NCBI GenBank assembly: GCA_964422835.1
Contig: CAYRCR010000004.1
Span: 1 to 57,807 of the forward strand
Direction of reading: 5' to 3'
Length of the DNA: 57,807 bases
Source: an uncultured Gammaproteobacteria bacterium
Lineage (GTDB): Bacteria > Patescibacteriota > Microgenomatia > Daviesbacterales > UBA10151
The notes under the pieces are model-generated. The model did not search any database. It was given only the letters and a program-made list of their open reading frames with translations, and was not told the origin of the DNA. Shown piece by piece: positions 26,483 to 34,544 of the stretch (the stretch's first letter is position 1; every line of letters begins with the position of its first letter). The position numbers were made by a program, and so were the translations under genes.

Positions 26483-26911
26483 TCAATAAAAGAATGTATA
26501 TTTTATACCATTAAAAGAATATATTAGGATTGGTAAATAAATTAAAGCGGTTAATATTAAGAATATTTTATGTGTGTAATTCTTAGTTAATCTAATATGA
26601 ATGACTAATCCTGTGACGGCGTAAATTTCTAGGGTTGGAAAAAGATAGAATACGGTTAAAAGTAATATTATATCCGGTATATTAGACCAAAAATAATGAT
26701 ACGGTAGAAAAATAAAGCTTTGGGAGAATTGATGAAGAAATGGATTATTGATTTTAGGCGTTCCCGCTTCTTGTATGGATAGATCTGGTAAAGTGTAAAG
26801 ACTCCCAGCTCCGTCTATAAGCATACTTAAATAGAAGTAAAAACCGATAGAGAAGATTAATAGAACCAGTTTAAGTGGAAATATTTTTGTCATATGATAT
26901 TTATTATACAA
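26483..26911 (-). CDS. Hypothetical integral membrane protein (142 aa)
   Basis: Four hydrophobic helices in a very AT-rich gene. No motif. Confidence 0.45.
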   Translation of the reverse strand: MYNKYHMTKIFPLKLVLLIFSIGFYFYLSMLIDGAGSLYTLPDLSIQEAGTPKINNPFLHQFSQSFIFLPYHYFWSNIPDIILLLTVFYLFPTLEIYAVTGLVIHIRLTKNYTHKIFLILTALIYLPILIYSFNGIKYTFFY

Positions 26912-26939
26912 AATATATGATCAATAATCATAAAAAGTG

Positions 26940-26968
26940 TTGACATTTGGGTAGTATTTGGGCTAAAA
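26940..26968 (+). promoter_or_regulatory. Near-consensus sigma70-type promoter for the Bro-N/nuclease operon
   Basis: TTGACA (26940..26945), a 17-nt spacer, then TAAAAT (26963..26968). The ATG follows 9 nt later at 26978. Confidence 0.5.
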
Positions 26969-26977
26969 TGAAAGTTT

Positions 26978-27808
26978 ATGAGCAATAATAGATTGGCAAT
27001 TTTTGAAGGTAAAAAAATCCGCAAGTATTGGGATAAAAAACAAGAAAGATGGTACTTCTCTGTTGTGGATATTATCCAGACTTTAATTGACCAGCCGGAA
27101 TTTCAAATTGCCCGCAAGTACTGGAATAAGCTTAATGAAAGGCTTAGGAAGGAAGGAAGCGAGGTGGTGACAAATTGTCACCGACTGAAATTGGAAGCGT
27201 CTGATGGAAAAAAGTATTTAACGGATGCTGCAGATGTCGAAACTTTATTCCGCATCATTCAATCCGTTCCTAGCCCCAAAGCAGAACCAATAAAACTTTG
27301 GCTTGCCAAGGTTGCGCAAGAAAGAATTCAGGAAATGGCGGATCCCGAAAAAGCACTTAATAGAAGCCGTGATTATTGGCAAAGGATGGGCAGGAGTGGA
27401 AAATGGATTCAGCAAAGGATGATGGGGCAGGAAATCCGCAATAAATTAACCGATTACTGGAAGAATAATGAAGTGAAAGAAAAAGATGAATACGCAATTT
27501 TGACTAATATCATTCATGAGGAGTGGAGCGAATTAACTGTGAAAGAGCACAAAAAATTAAAGAAATTAAAAACTGAAAATTTACGCGACCATATGACTGA
27601 CGCAGAACTTGTGTTTACTGCTCTGGCGGAACTTTCTACCCGCCAAATCGCAGAGGTAGATCAAACCAAGGGTCTGGAAGAAAATAAAATTCCGGCTCAA
27701 AAAGGCGGTAGAATTGCCAGAAATGCCAGATTGGAACTCGAAGAAAAAACCGGCAAAAAAGTTGTCAGTAAATTAAATTATCTCCCCGGACAAAAAAGGT
27801 TAAAATAG
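26978..27808 (+). CDS. Bro-N domain DNA-binding protein (DinD/antirepressor-like)
   Basis: 'LAIFEGKKIRKYWDKKQERWYFSVVDIIQTL' fits the Bro-N pattern. A long helical C-terminal region follows. Confidence 0.65.
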   Translation: MSNNRLAIFEGKKIRKYWDKKQERWYFSVVDIIQTLIDQPEFQIARKYWNKLNERLRKEGSEVVTNCHRLKLEASDGKKYLTDAADVETLFRIIQSVPSPKAEPIKLWLAKVAQERIQEMADPEKALNRSRDYWQRMGRSGKWIQQRMMGQEIRNKLTDYWKNNEVKEKDEYAILTNIIHEEWSELTVKEHKKLKKLKTENLRDHMTDAELVFTALAELSTRQIAEVDQTKGLEENKIPAQKGGRIARNARLELEEKTGKKVVSKLNYLPGQKRLK

Positions 27809-27813
27809 AGGAG

Positions 27814-28647
27814 ATGATAACCCCAAAACATATTGGTTTTGTTAAAGATGCCATATTTTTATCCAATACTTCCTTGCGGGATTTTATAAAATGTCCCAGG
27901 GCGTATTATTTGAAAAATATTTACAAAGACCCACGTAATGGTTATAGGATCCAGATTGCTTCCCCTTATCTTACTTTAGGGACTTTAGTCCATGAAACAA
28001 TCAAGTGGTTTCTGGACAGTAGACAGCAACTTCCCCTATCTTCCCTGGAAGAACAATACCGCAATTTATGGCACAGATTCCAAGGCAAAAGAGGAGGTTT
28101 TACATCCAAAGAAGAAGAGGCTTCATTTGGTAAGCGGGGCCTTGAAATGCTTTCAAATTTCGGAGAGAACTGGAAAAAGCTTGAAGCAAAAATGCCCCCT
28201 GTTTCTTTTCCCAAATACCCCCTGACTGATAATATTATTTTGACAGGCAACATGGATTTTGTGGGAGCCTTGCCGGACGGGAGCTTGCATGTTGTGGATT
28301 TTAAAACCGGAACCCGCGATGAGGATGACCCCATTCAACTCTACATTTATGCCATTTTGGCTGAAAATAATTATGGTAAGGATGTGACTTGTGCCAGCTT
28401 TTGGTACCTTGACCGGGACGATACTCCCAAAGATATTGTGCTTGATCCCCTTGAGCCAAAAATTGAGGAGTTAACCCAAAGAGGTTTGGAGATTGAAAAG
28501 GGATTAAAGGAGGGGAAATGGGAGTGTCCCCGCGGGGATGAAGGGTGCTTTGAATGCCGGGATTATGAAAAGATTTTAGCAGGTAAAGGAGAATGGGTTT
28601 TTACAGATCACAACTTCAAAAAAGAAATTTTCTTTTTATCAAAATAG
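27814..28647 (+). CDS. PD-(D/E)XK nuclease, Cas4/RecB-like, with a four-Cys Fe-S cluster signature
   Basis: The N-terminal 'CPRAYYL' Cys is present, together with 'MDFVG...HVVDFKTG' (D...D-x-K), 'IQLYIYA' (QxxxY) and the C-terminal 'CPRGDEGCFEC'. The gap from the Bro-N gene is 5 nt. Confidence 0.8.
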   Translation: MITPKHIGFVKDAIFLSNTSLRDFIKCPRAYYLKNIYKDPRNGYRIQIASPYLTLGTLVHETIKWFLDSRQQLPLSSLEEQYRNLWHRFQGKRGGFTSKEEEASFGKRGLEMLSNFGENWKKLEAKMPPVSFPKYPLTDNIILTGNMDFVGALPDGSLHVVDFKTGTRDEDDPIQLYIYAILAENNYGKDVTCASFWYLDRDDTPKDIVLDPLEPKIEELTQRGLEIEKGLKEGKWECPRGDEGCFECRDYEKILAGKGEWVFTDHNFKKEIFFLSK

Positions 28648-28651
28648 TTTT

Positions 28652-30121
28652 TTAAGAATAATTCGGGATCCCCATCTTTTTAATTAATTTTCTGACTTCG
28701 TCTCTGTCGGCATTGACATATTTGCTGTCATACTCTTCTGCTGTTAATGTCTCGCCATTTGCATCTATCAGCACCGGAAATTTTAAAGCCATTCTTAAAT
28801 ATTTAACATCCGAATAAAAAACTTGTTTGCTTTTGAGTAAAATATGGTCTTTATCTATTTGATAATTTATTTGTAACCCCAGATGTTGATGTAGTTTATC
28901 TATGTCCTCGCGGGCGGGTTGTCTTTTGATTGCCTTTCTACAAATGTTTTTTTGGGAGACGGGACAAGACGGGGAACAATAATATTTTTGTCGGATCCAT
29001 TGGCAGTTATAGTCCGGTTGGTTGAAGAGATAACTTATGGCACAGGAAGTTTTCTTAAAGTAAGGAATTTTCGCTTTCGCTAAAATAGCATCAACCATGT
29101 TTCTGCTTTCGGGCAGCATTTTTTTGCATGAATCATGGATGTTAAGCCCAATGTCATGTTTTGGGTCAATAAAAATACCCTGTTTGGCCATGTACTCAAT
29201 AATGTTGACATCCAGTTTTATGGGAGAGCGGACAATGCAATGAAAGTACTTTTCGCCTAAATCAACTATTTTCCGGGCACAATTTTCGGAATCGTTAACG
29301 CCGCGGATAATGGGGCGGTAATAAAGTACCTTTTTTAAGCGCGATTTTGACAAATTCTTCATGGTCAGAAGCCTTTTTTCTACTACCACTCGTTCATATT
29401 TTTGGGGCAGGCAGGAGAATGTCACAAAGATAATCGGCCGGATATTTTTATATTCCTGCAGGCGGGTGATGATTTGATCCGTCATGTATTCTTTGGTGAT
29501 CAAACCGACGATATTGGTAAGCTTCATTCTTTCCAGGCCGTCAAGTATTTCAAAAGTGGTCCCGGTCACACCAGTTTGAAACGGATCAGTGGCACTGTTG
29601 TGAATGGCCAGAGGAATATTCGGGTGGTAATATTTATGACTTTTTAAGTTGTCCAAGATTTCAGAAACCTCGCAAAATTTTTCCGGAATAAACTTATTCC
29701 TTATATCCCAGCCGTGTTTATAGCAATAGACACAGTTATTGCGGCATCCTGCAACGGCATTCAAACATAAAAAGTTTTTAGCCAAAACAATAGGTTTGAG
29801 CTTAACCTTTAATTTTCCCCTGGAGGTTTGTCGTTGGGTTTCCCGAACCTTATATTTGGCAAGACTTGTCCGAAGCTCCTTTTTCAGGTCAATGTTGCAA
29901 GTATTGGCAAGGCTGATAAGAGAATAAAAGGCATCGCCCAACTCTCTGGCCAGATCCGGATTATAAATGTGGCCCCTTTTACCGTAATCGGTCAATTCCA
30001 AAACTTCTTTGGCAATTTCCCCCACTTCACTTGAGAGATCAAGGCAACAAAGTTCCGGGGTATTGGCAAGATTTAATTTCTTGCTAACCTCTCGGACTTC
30101 TTTTTGCAGACTAATCAACAT
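28652..30121 (-). CDS. Fusion protein: N-terminal MazG-like NTP pyrophosphohydrolase domain plus a radical SAM domain (SplB-like) and a Cys-rich C-terminal region
   Basis: The MazG-like helices are 'LSSEVGEIAKEVLEL...LARELGDAFYSLISLANTCNIDL'. The radical SAM motif is 'GCRNNCVYCY' (CX3CX2C). A later Cys cluster reads 'CAISYLFNQPDYNCQWIRQKYYCSPSCPVSQKNIC'. Confidence 0.8.
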   Translation of the reverse strand: MLISLQKEVREVSKKLNLANTPELCCLDLSSEVGEIAKEVLELTDYGKRGHIYNPDLARELGDAFYSLISLANTCNIDLKKELRTSLAKYKVRETQRQTSRGKLKVKLKPIVLAKNFLCLNAVAGCRNNCVYCYKHGWDIRNKFIPEKFCEVSEILDNLKSHKYYHPNIPLAIHNSATDPFQTGVTGTTFEILDGLERMKLTNIVGLITKEYMTDQIITRLQEYKNIRPIIFVTFSCLPQKYERVVVEKRLLTMKNLSKSRLKKVLYYRPIIRGVNDSENCARKIVDLGEKYFHCIVRSPIKLDVNIIEYMAKQGIFIDPKHDIGLNIHDSCKKMLPESRNMVDAILAKAKIPYFKKTSCAISYLFNQPDYNCQWIRQKYYCSPSCPVSQKNICRKAIKRQPAREDIDKLHQHLGLQINYQIDKDHILLKSKQVFYSDVKYLRMALKFPVLIDANGETLTAEEYDSKYVNADRDEVRKLIKKMGIPNYS

Positions 30122-30124
30122 AAG

Positions 30125-30751
30125 TTATTTTTTTCTAAAGCGCGAGGTGGCAATTTCCAGCATGGTTGGGGTATGTTTGGCTACAAGGTCAATGGAGGCG
30201 CGTATTTCTTCGGGCAGTGTTAGGAAAATTTTACAGCCTTCTTTAAGCCGTGCCAGCCTGATATTGCCGATAGAGTCCATGAGGGTGTCAGGGTAAAAAT
30301 TGATCCAACACTGTTGAAAATTACTCATGGAATAAGGATGATCAGGAGGCGCGTAATGCTCGCGCGGCAGAAAGTCGCGGAATAGGCTTGCTTTGAATGT
30401 TTTATCCAACACTTCGGGATGCTTTTGATCAGCTTCCCAGAGCACTTCCCAGCTGAAATGCTCCAAGTTTGCTGCCCAATCCCAAGGTTCCGGTTCCGGC
30501 GGGACAATGTATTTTCCCCTTAAAGCTGCCACAACGGCCCCGCTTAGACAAAAATGCGCCCATTCAGCAATGGTCGGGCAGCGATTTTCTCTAATACATG
30601 AAGCTACCAGTGCTCTCTCCAAACTAAAATCAAAATCCCAGTTATGAGGTTCCTTATCAAACCATAGCCTGTCTTTACTCCAACAAGTTGGAGCTTTGTA
30701 TAAAAGTTTCCCGGGCAGTGTTAATGTATTGGCTTTCGTTAAACATTCCAT
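30125..30751 (-). CDS. Hypothetical Trp/Cys-rich protein (208 aa), first gene of the operon with the MazG-radical SAM gene
   Basis: The ORF is intact and is separated by 3 nt from the downstream radical SAM gene. I recognise no motif. Confidence 0.6.
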   Translation of the reverse strand: MECLTKANTLTLPGKLLYKAPTCWSKDRLWFDKEPHNWDFDFSLERALVASCIRENRCPTIAEWAHFCLSGAVVAALRGKYIVPPEPEPWDWAANLEHFSWEVLWEADQKHPEVLDKTFKASLFRDFLPREHYAPPDHPYSMSNFQQCWINFYPDTLMDSIGNIRLARLKEGCKIFLTLPEEIRASIDLVAKHTPTMLEIATSRFRKK

Positions 30752-30808
30752 TTGGTTATTCCCACAAACAGAATAATTTTTTACCAGATTTTTATCCAGT
30801 TCATAGAA

Positions 30809-30860
30809 TTTGACTCAAAAAGCTTTGACCAAGTCAAACTTGGCTTCGCCATGATACAAT
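30809..30860 (+). promoter_or_regulatory. Candidate operator and -10 element in the divergent promoter region
   Basis: TTTGACTCAAA lies at 30809..30819. The palindrome TTTGAC-CAA-GTCAAA lies at 30824..30838. TACAAT lies at 30855..30860, only 6 nt before the ATG at 30867. Confidence 0.4.
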
Positions 30861-30866
30861 CCGAGC

Positions 30867-31532
30867 ATGCATCCTATCAAAAAACAAATTTTACATGCCT
30901 TAATTACCAATTCCTTTTTATCTTATTCCAAACTTAAGCCTGAAGGGCTGGAAGGAAATATTTTTATGTATCACTTGAAGCAATTAACCAATGATGGTTT
31001 GGTACAAAAAAGAGATGATGGTAAGTATGAACTGACCCTGGAAGGCCAGAATTTTTCTGACAGCTTAAGTTTGAAAACTTTAAATCCCCGGATCCAGCCC
31101 AAAATTGTCACTTTGCTTGTTTGCCAGAACAATAAAGGAGAATTTTTGCTTTACAAAAGAGGCAAACAGCCTTTCTTGGGCCTTATTGGTTTTCCTTATG
31201 GGAAAATCCATCTGGGGGAGAAAATTGCTGCGGCGGCAGAAAGGGAACTTTTGGAAAAAACCGGACTTAAAACAAAACCCGTGCATCGGGGTGATGTTTA
31301 CCTGACCATATTCAAAAATGGCCAAGTTTTTACCCAGATGTTTTGCCATGTTTTTACGAGCAAAAATACCAAAGGGGAATTGATACAAAGATCAGAAATA
31401 GGACAATGTTTTTGGGAAAAAATTAATAACCCCAAAGACCCAAAATTTATGTCCGGATTTGCGGAAGTTTTTTCTTTGGTCAAAAAGAGAAACAGGGGAT
31501 TATTTTTTACAGAGCTTACCTATAACCTGTAA
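30867..31532 (+). CDS. Winged-HTH plus Nudix-domain protein (possible Nudix-type transcriptional regulator)
   Basis: The N-terminus 'KKQILHALITNSFLSYSKLKPEG...MYHLKQLTNDGLVQKRDDGKYELT' looks like a wHTH. The Nudix box reads 'GKIHLGEKIAAAAERELLEKTGL', with REUXEK in place of REUXEE. Confidence 0.75.
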   Translation: MHPIKKQILHALITNSFLSYSKLKPEGLEGNIFMYHLKQLTNDGLVQKRDDGKYELTLEGQNFSDSLSLKTLNPRIQPKIVTLLVCQNNKGEFLLYKRGKQPFLGLIGFPYGKIHLGEKIAAAAERELLEKTGLKTKPVHRGDVYLTIFKNGQVFTQMFCHVFTSKNTKGELIQRSEIGQCFWEKINNPKDPKFMSGFAEVFSLVKKRNRGLFFTELTYNL

Positions 31533-32103
31533 TATCCAAACGGTTGCTGGTAAATGGCAGGAAAGTTAGAGATAGATGGGGTGTCTCATTTCCCTCCTCG
31601 TAAAGATATCTAAGATCAACATGGTCTAACCTGGTAGGTAAAAAACCAAGAGTGCAATTACCCGCACCTCCAAAAATAGGAGTGAGCCTTTCCAAAATTC
31701 TGCGTTTATAAGGAAGTAAAGGAGTTTCACCTTGAATTTCTGTGAGGATGATGTGAGTAGCTGTATTTCTTGCGCTGGTCATCGCTTCTTCAATTTGACT
31801 GGAGTTTTGGTAAAACAGTAGAGCCAAATTAGGAGGGGGGGTGATTAACATCCCAACACCTACACTTAATGATACTGTCTGATAACCTTCCGTAGATTGT
31901 GCAGCAGCGTCTTTTAGCCCTTGTGCCAAGTATGAAAATAGAGTGAATCTGACTTCAGAACTGATAATTCCCGACATTGCTTTTATATCAGTAGCTTCAA
32001 CAACTGTGCTTTGTTCATAGTGTGGTTGTTGCGCCATAATTGCATCGGCAATTGATTCGCACGCTTGTTGTCTGATCTGGGCTCTGGAAATTTCAGTTGT
32101 CAT
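31516..32103 (-). CDS. Hypothetical protein (195 aa)
   Basis: Intact ORF with no motif. Its 3' end overlaps the Nudix gene 3' end by 17 nt in convergent orientation. Confidence 0.5.
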   Translation of the reverse strand: MTTEISRAQIRQQACESIADAIMAQQPHYEQSTVVEATDIKAMSGIISSEVRFTLFSYLAQGLKDAAAQSTEGYQTVSLSVGVGMLITPPPNLALLFYQNSSQIEEAMTSARNTATHIILTEIQGETPLLPYKRRILERLTPIFGGAGNCTLGFLPTRLDHVDLRYLYEEGNETPHLSLTFLPFTSNRLDITGYR

Positions 32104-32142
32104 AATGGGAGGATTATATAGTAAATCAAACCCGCGGTCAAA

Positions 32143-32706
32143 CTAGCCCAAGGAAATTTCTGCTAAAGTGTTGTGAGTATGGAAGCCGTGTTCGGGGATT
32201 GACTCAAAAAGCTTAATTGAAGAGATGATGATCGGCTCAAATTGGTTTACCAAGGCAATGCGCTCAAATTCTGTTTGGACTTGTGGTAATAATTCGTATC
32301 CATTGGAAGTTTTAGCCACGGCAATATGCGGGATATAACGGCGTTCATCAATATCCAGACCGAGGGCAATTAGCCCATCCTTAATCCTTTCTCTGACAAT
32401 GAACAACTTTTCAATATCCCCTTTGACACCCACCCATAGGGTCCGGGGATTATCGAGGTGCGGGAAGCCGTCAATATAGGCCGGAGTAACCAGAAAAGGG
32501 GGAATATCTTTGACGGCATTTTTGATCACTTCAACAAACGTTTCTTTCATTTGATCGGGCTGTTCTCCAATAAAAGCCAAGGTTAAATGAAGTTTTTCAT
32601 TATCAGTTAAACGGGAACCGGGGATTAGCTCCCCGATTTTGTGCTGGACAACCTCGAGTTGTTTTTTACATTCTTCAGGAATTTCCAAAGCTATGAAATA
32701 TCTCAT
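32143..32706 (-). CDS. thpR: RNA 2',3'-cyclic phosphodiesterase / 2'-5' RNA ligase family (ThpR/LigT)
   Basis: 'MRYFIALEIP', 'HLTLAFIG' and 'PHIAVAK' give the two H-x-T/S-x-like motifs, the second with Ala. I prefer the ATG at 32706 over the 32778 ORF start in the track. Confidence 0.72.
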   Translation of the reverse strand: MRYFIALEIPEECKKQLEVVQHKIGELIPGSRLTDNEKLHLTLAFIGEQPDQMKETFVEVIKNAVKDIPPFLVTPAYIDGFPHLDNPRTLWVGVKGDIEKLFIVRERIKDGLIALGLDIDERRYIPHIAVAKTSNGYELLPQVQTEFERIALVNQFEPIIISSIKLFESIPEHGFHTHNTLAEISLG

Positions 32707-32758
32707 AAGTTGCTTAAGTTGCCTAAGTATCTTGGGTAACTTAATAGTATTATACCAA

Positions 32759-34510
32759 CTATTCCTTTGTCCCCACAAGATAGATTGCTTGCCAGGGTTT
32801 GTATGATGAAAACCATTTATCTGAAATTATAGTTTCGCTATCCCTTTTAACTGTTCTATAAAATGTAACATTGGCCCCCCAGGCCGGCCAGTCAACCTGT
32901 TTGACTTCTCCGCGGGGTAAGGTTGGATCATCCTGGCGAAGCTCTGGGGGTGGCGGAGTCTGATCTGCCACAACTGGTTTGGTAATTGAAACAGTTCTTC
33001 CATCCGGTGCCCCATACAAGTCAACATATAAACTGGTTCCATAGATATAGGCTTGAACTAAAATATGGGCACCAGTGTCATTTTTAAACTGGAAATCAAC
33101 ACTTGGTGCAAAAACCGTGGCATCAAGACCGGGGGGGAAACCCTGCTCATAATATCCTACCCGGTAAGCATGGGCAGTGCGCTTGACGATTGGCAATCCA
33201 GAGTTAAGTGCTGCCCGAAATAAAGTGGTTGAAACTTGGCAAACTCCTCCGCCGTCATCCAAAACTGTCCGGCCTTCTTTTATCACATAGGCTTGTTTAT
33301 AGCCTGATGCGGCGGAGATATCGCCGACAGTCCTGTTGAATGAAAAAACTGCCCCGGGGGCAATTAAGGTTCCGTTAATTCTTGAGGCTGCCAATTTGAT
33401 ATTATAAATCCTGTTTTCAATAGAACCCGCGAAATGCGACAGTCCTCCTCCCAAAAGTCCGGTAATACCAAAAGAATTAGTTTCGGCAGTACCGGTTTGG
33501 GGTTTGGTTACCTTAACCGGCAAGGCAATTTCAGCGGATGCAGAGGCCACTGGGTTTAAGAGAGTTTGTGATAGCATTTCCGCGGTTTGTGAAATATCAA
33601 GCTCTTTTCCTTCTTCAGCCGGTTTAAATTCCCTGACTCTTTTGGTGTTTGGGTCAAAAACAAACTTAGCATCCTGGACCGGACGGTTAATTTGCAAAGA
33701 TAGATCTTCTAAAAATTTGGCAACTTTTTCCCGGCTGATAATGTCTTTTCCCTCTTTAGTGTCTAAAAGGGAGAGCAGGATTTGCTGGTTAATTTCCAGG
33801 GAGTTTTCTTCAAAACGTAAAGTTAGTGTTTTTCCGCTCATATTTTCCAGTATTTTTTGAAAATCCTGTGCTTTCTCTGTTGTAAATTTGGGTTGGGAGG
33901 AACGGGTGGGTAAATTTTTTGGGGGAGATTCTGTCAAGTTGAGGTAATTTTGGATTTGCGAAATGAGTATTTCTCTGTCAACTTCCAAGCCCTCCTCTGA
34001 CGGGACAACAGTAACTTTTTCACCCAAAATAATTTGGGCAGGCTTTGGGTCCTTTTTAATTTCCAGGTTGATTTGGTTCATTTGTAAAGTCAGGGCATTT
34101 AGGTTTCCAAAAGATATTTTTGGGGTAATATCTTTGCCAAAAAGCAGGATGTAAGTTGCCTCATAGATATTTTTGAAAAAATCACTGCCGTGGCCCGGGG
34201 AATATGCATCTTTTACAGCCTGTTCAATTTCTATTTTAGGAACAGCTTTTTTAAGGTCTAAAGTGAAATTTTGGTTTTGGTAAGCAAGGGGGAGGATAGA
34301 TACTTTTTGATTGTACTCCCGCGCCAGAGTTTTTTGAGCTGTGAGGGTAGCTTGTCCCCCTACATTGGTTCCCGAAATTTTTACTCTGGGTAAGATTTTA
34401 TTACTGAAATAAAAAATGGGGCCTAGAAAGATATAAATTAAAATTATACATATCAGTAAAAATTTTAGATTTAGCCGTATTTTTTTTATCCTTTTTAACG
34501 TAAATTTCAT
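32759..34510 (-). CDS. VanW-family protein with an N-terminal TM anchor and a C-terminal G5-like domain
   Basis: 'AHAYRVGYYEQGFPPGLDATVFAPSVDFQFKNDT' is the VanW core. The G5-like tail is 'GEVKQVDWPAWGANVTFYRTV'. I prefer the start at 34510 ('MKFTLKRIKK'); the ORF extends to 34546. Confidence 0.78.
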   Translation of the reverse strand: MKFTLKRIKKIRLNLKFLLICIILIYIFLGPIFYFSNKILPRVKISGTNVGGQATLTAQKTLAREYNQKVSILPLAYQNQNFTLDLKKAVPKIEIEQAVKDAYSPGHGSDFFKNIYEATYILLFGKDITPKISFGNLNALTLQMNQINLEIKKDPKPAQIILGEKVTVVPSEEGLEVDREILISQIQNYLNLTESPPKNLPTRSSQPKFTTEKAQDFQKILENMSGKTLTLRFEENSLEINQQILLSLLDTKEGKDIISREKVAKFLEDLSLQINRPVQDAKFVFDPNTKRVREFKPAEEGKELDISQTAEMLSQTLLNPVASASAEIALPVKVTKPQTGTAETNSFGITGLLGGGLSHFAGSIENRIYNIKLAASRINGTLIAPGAVFSFNRTVGDISAASGYKQAYVIKEGRTVLDDGGGVCQVSTTLFRAALNSGLPIVKRTAHAYRVGYYEQGFPPGLDATVFAPSVDFQFKNDTGAHILVQAYIYGTSLYVDLYGAPDGRTVSITKPVVADQTPPPPELRQDDPTLPRGEVKQVDWPAWGANVTFYRTVKRDSETIISDKWFSSYKPWQAIYLVGTKE

Positions 34511-34544
34511 ATCAGTATTGTAACAGAAATGATATAATTTGGGC

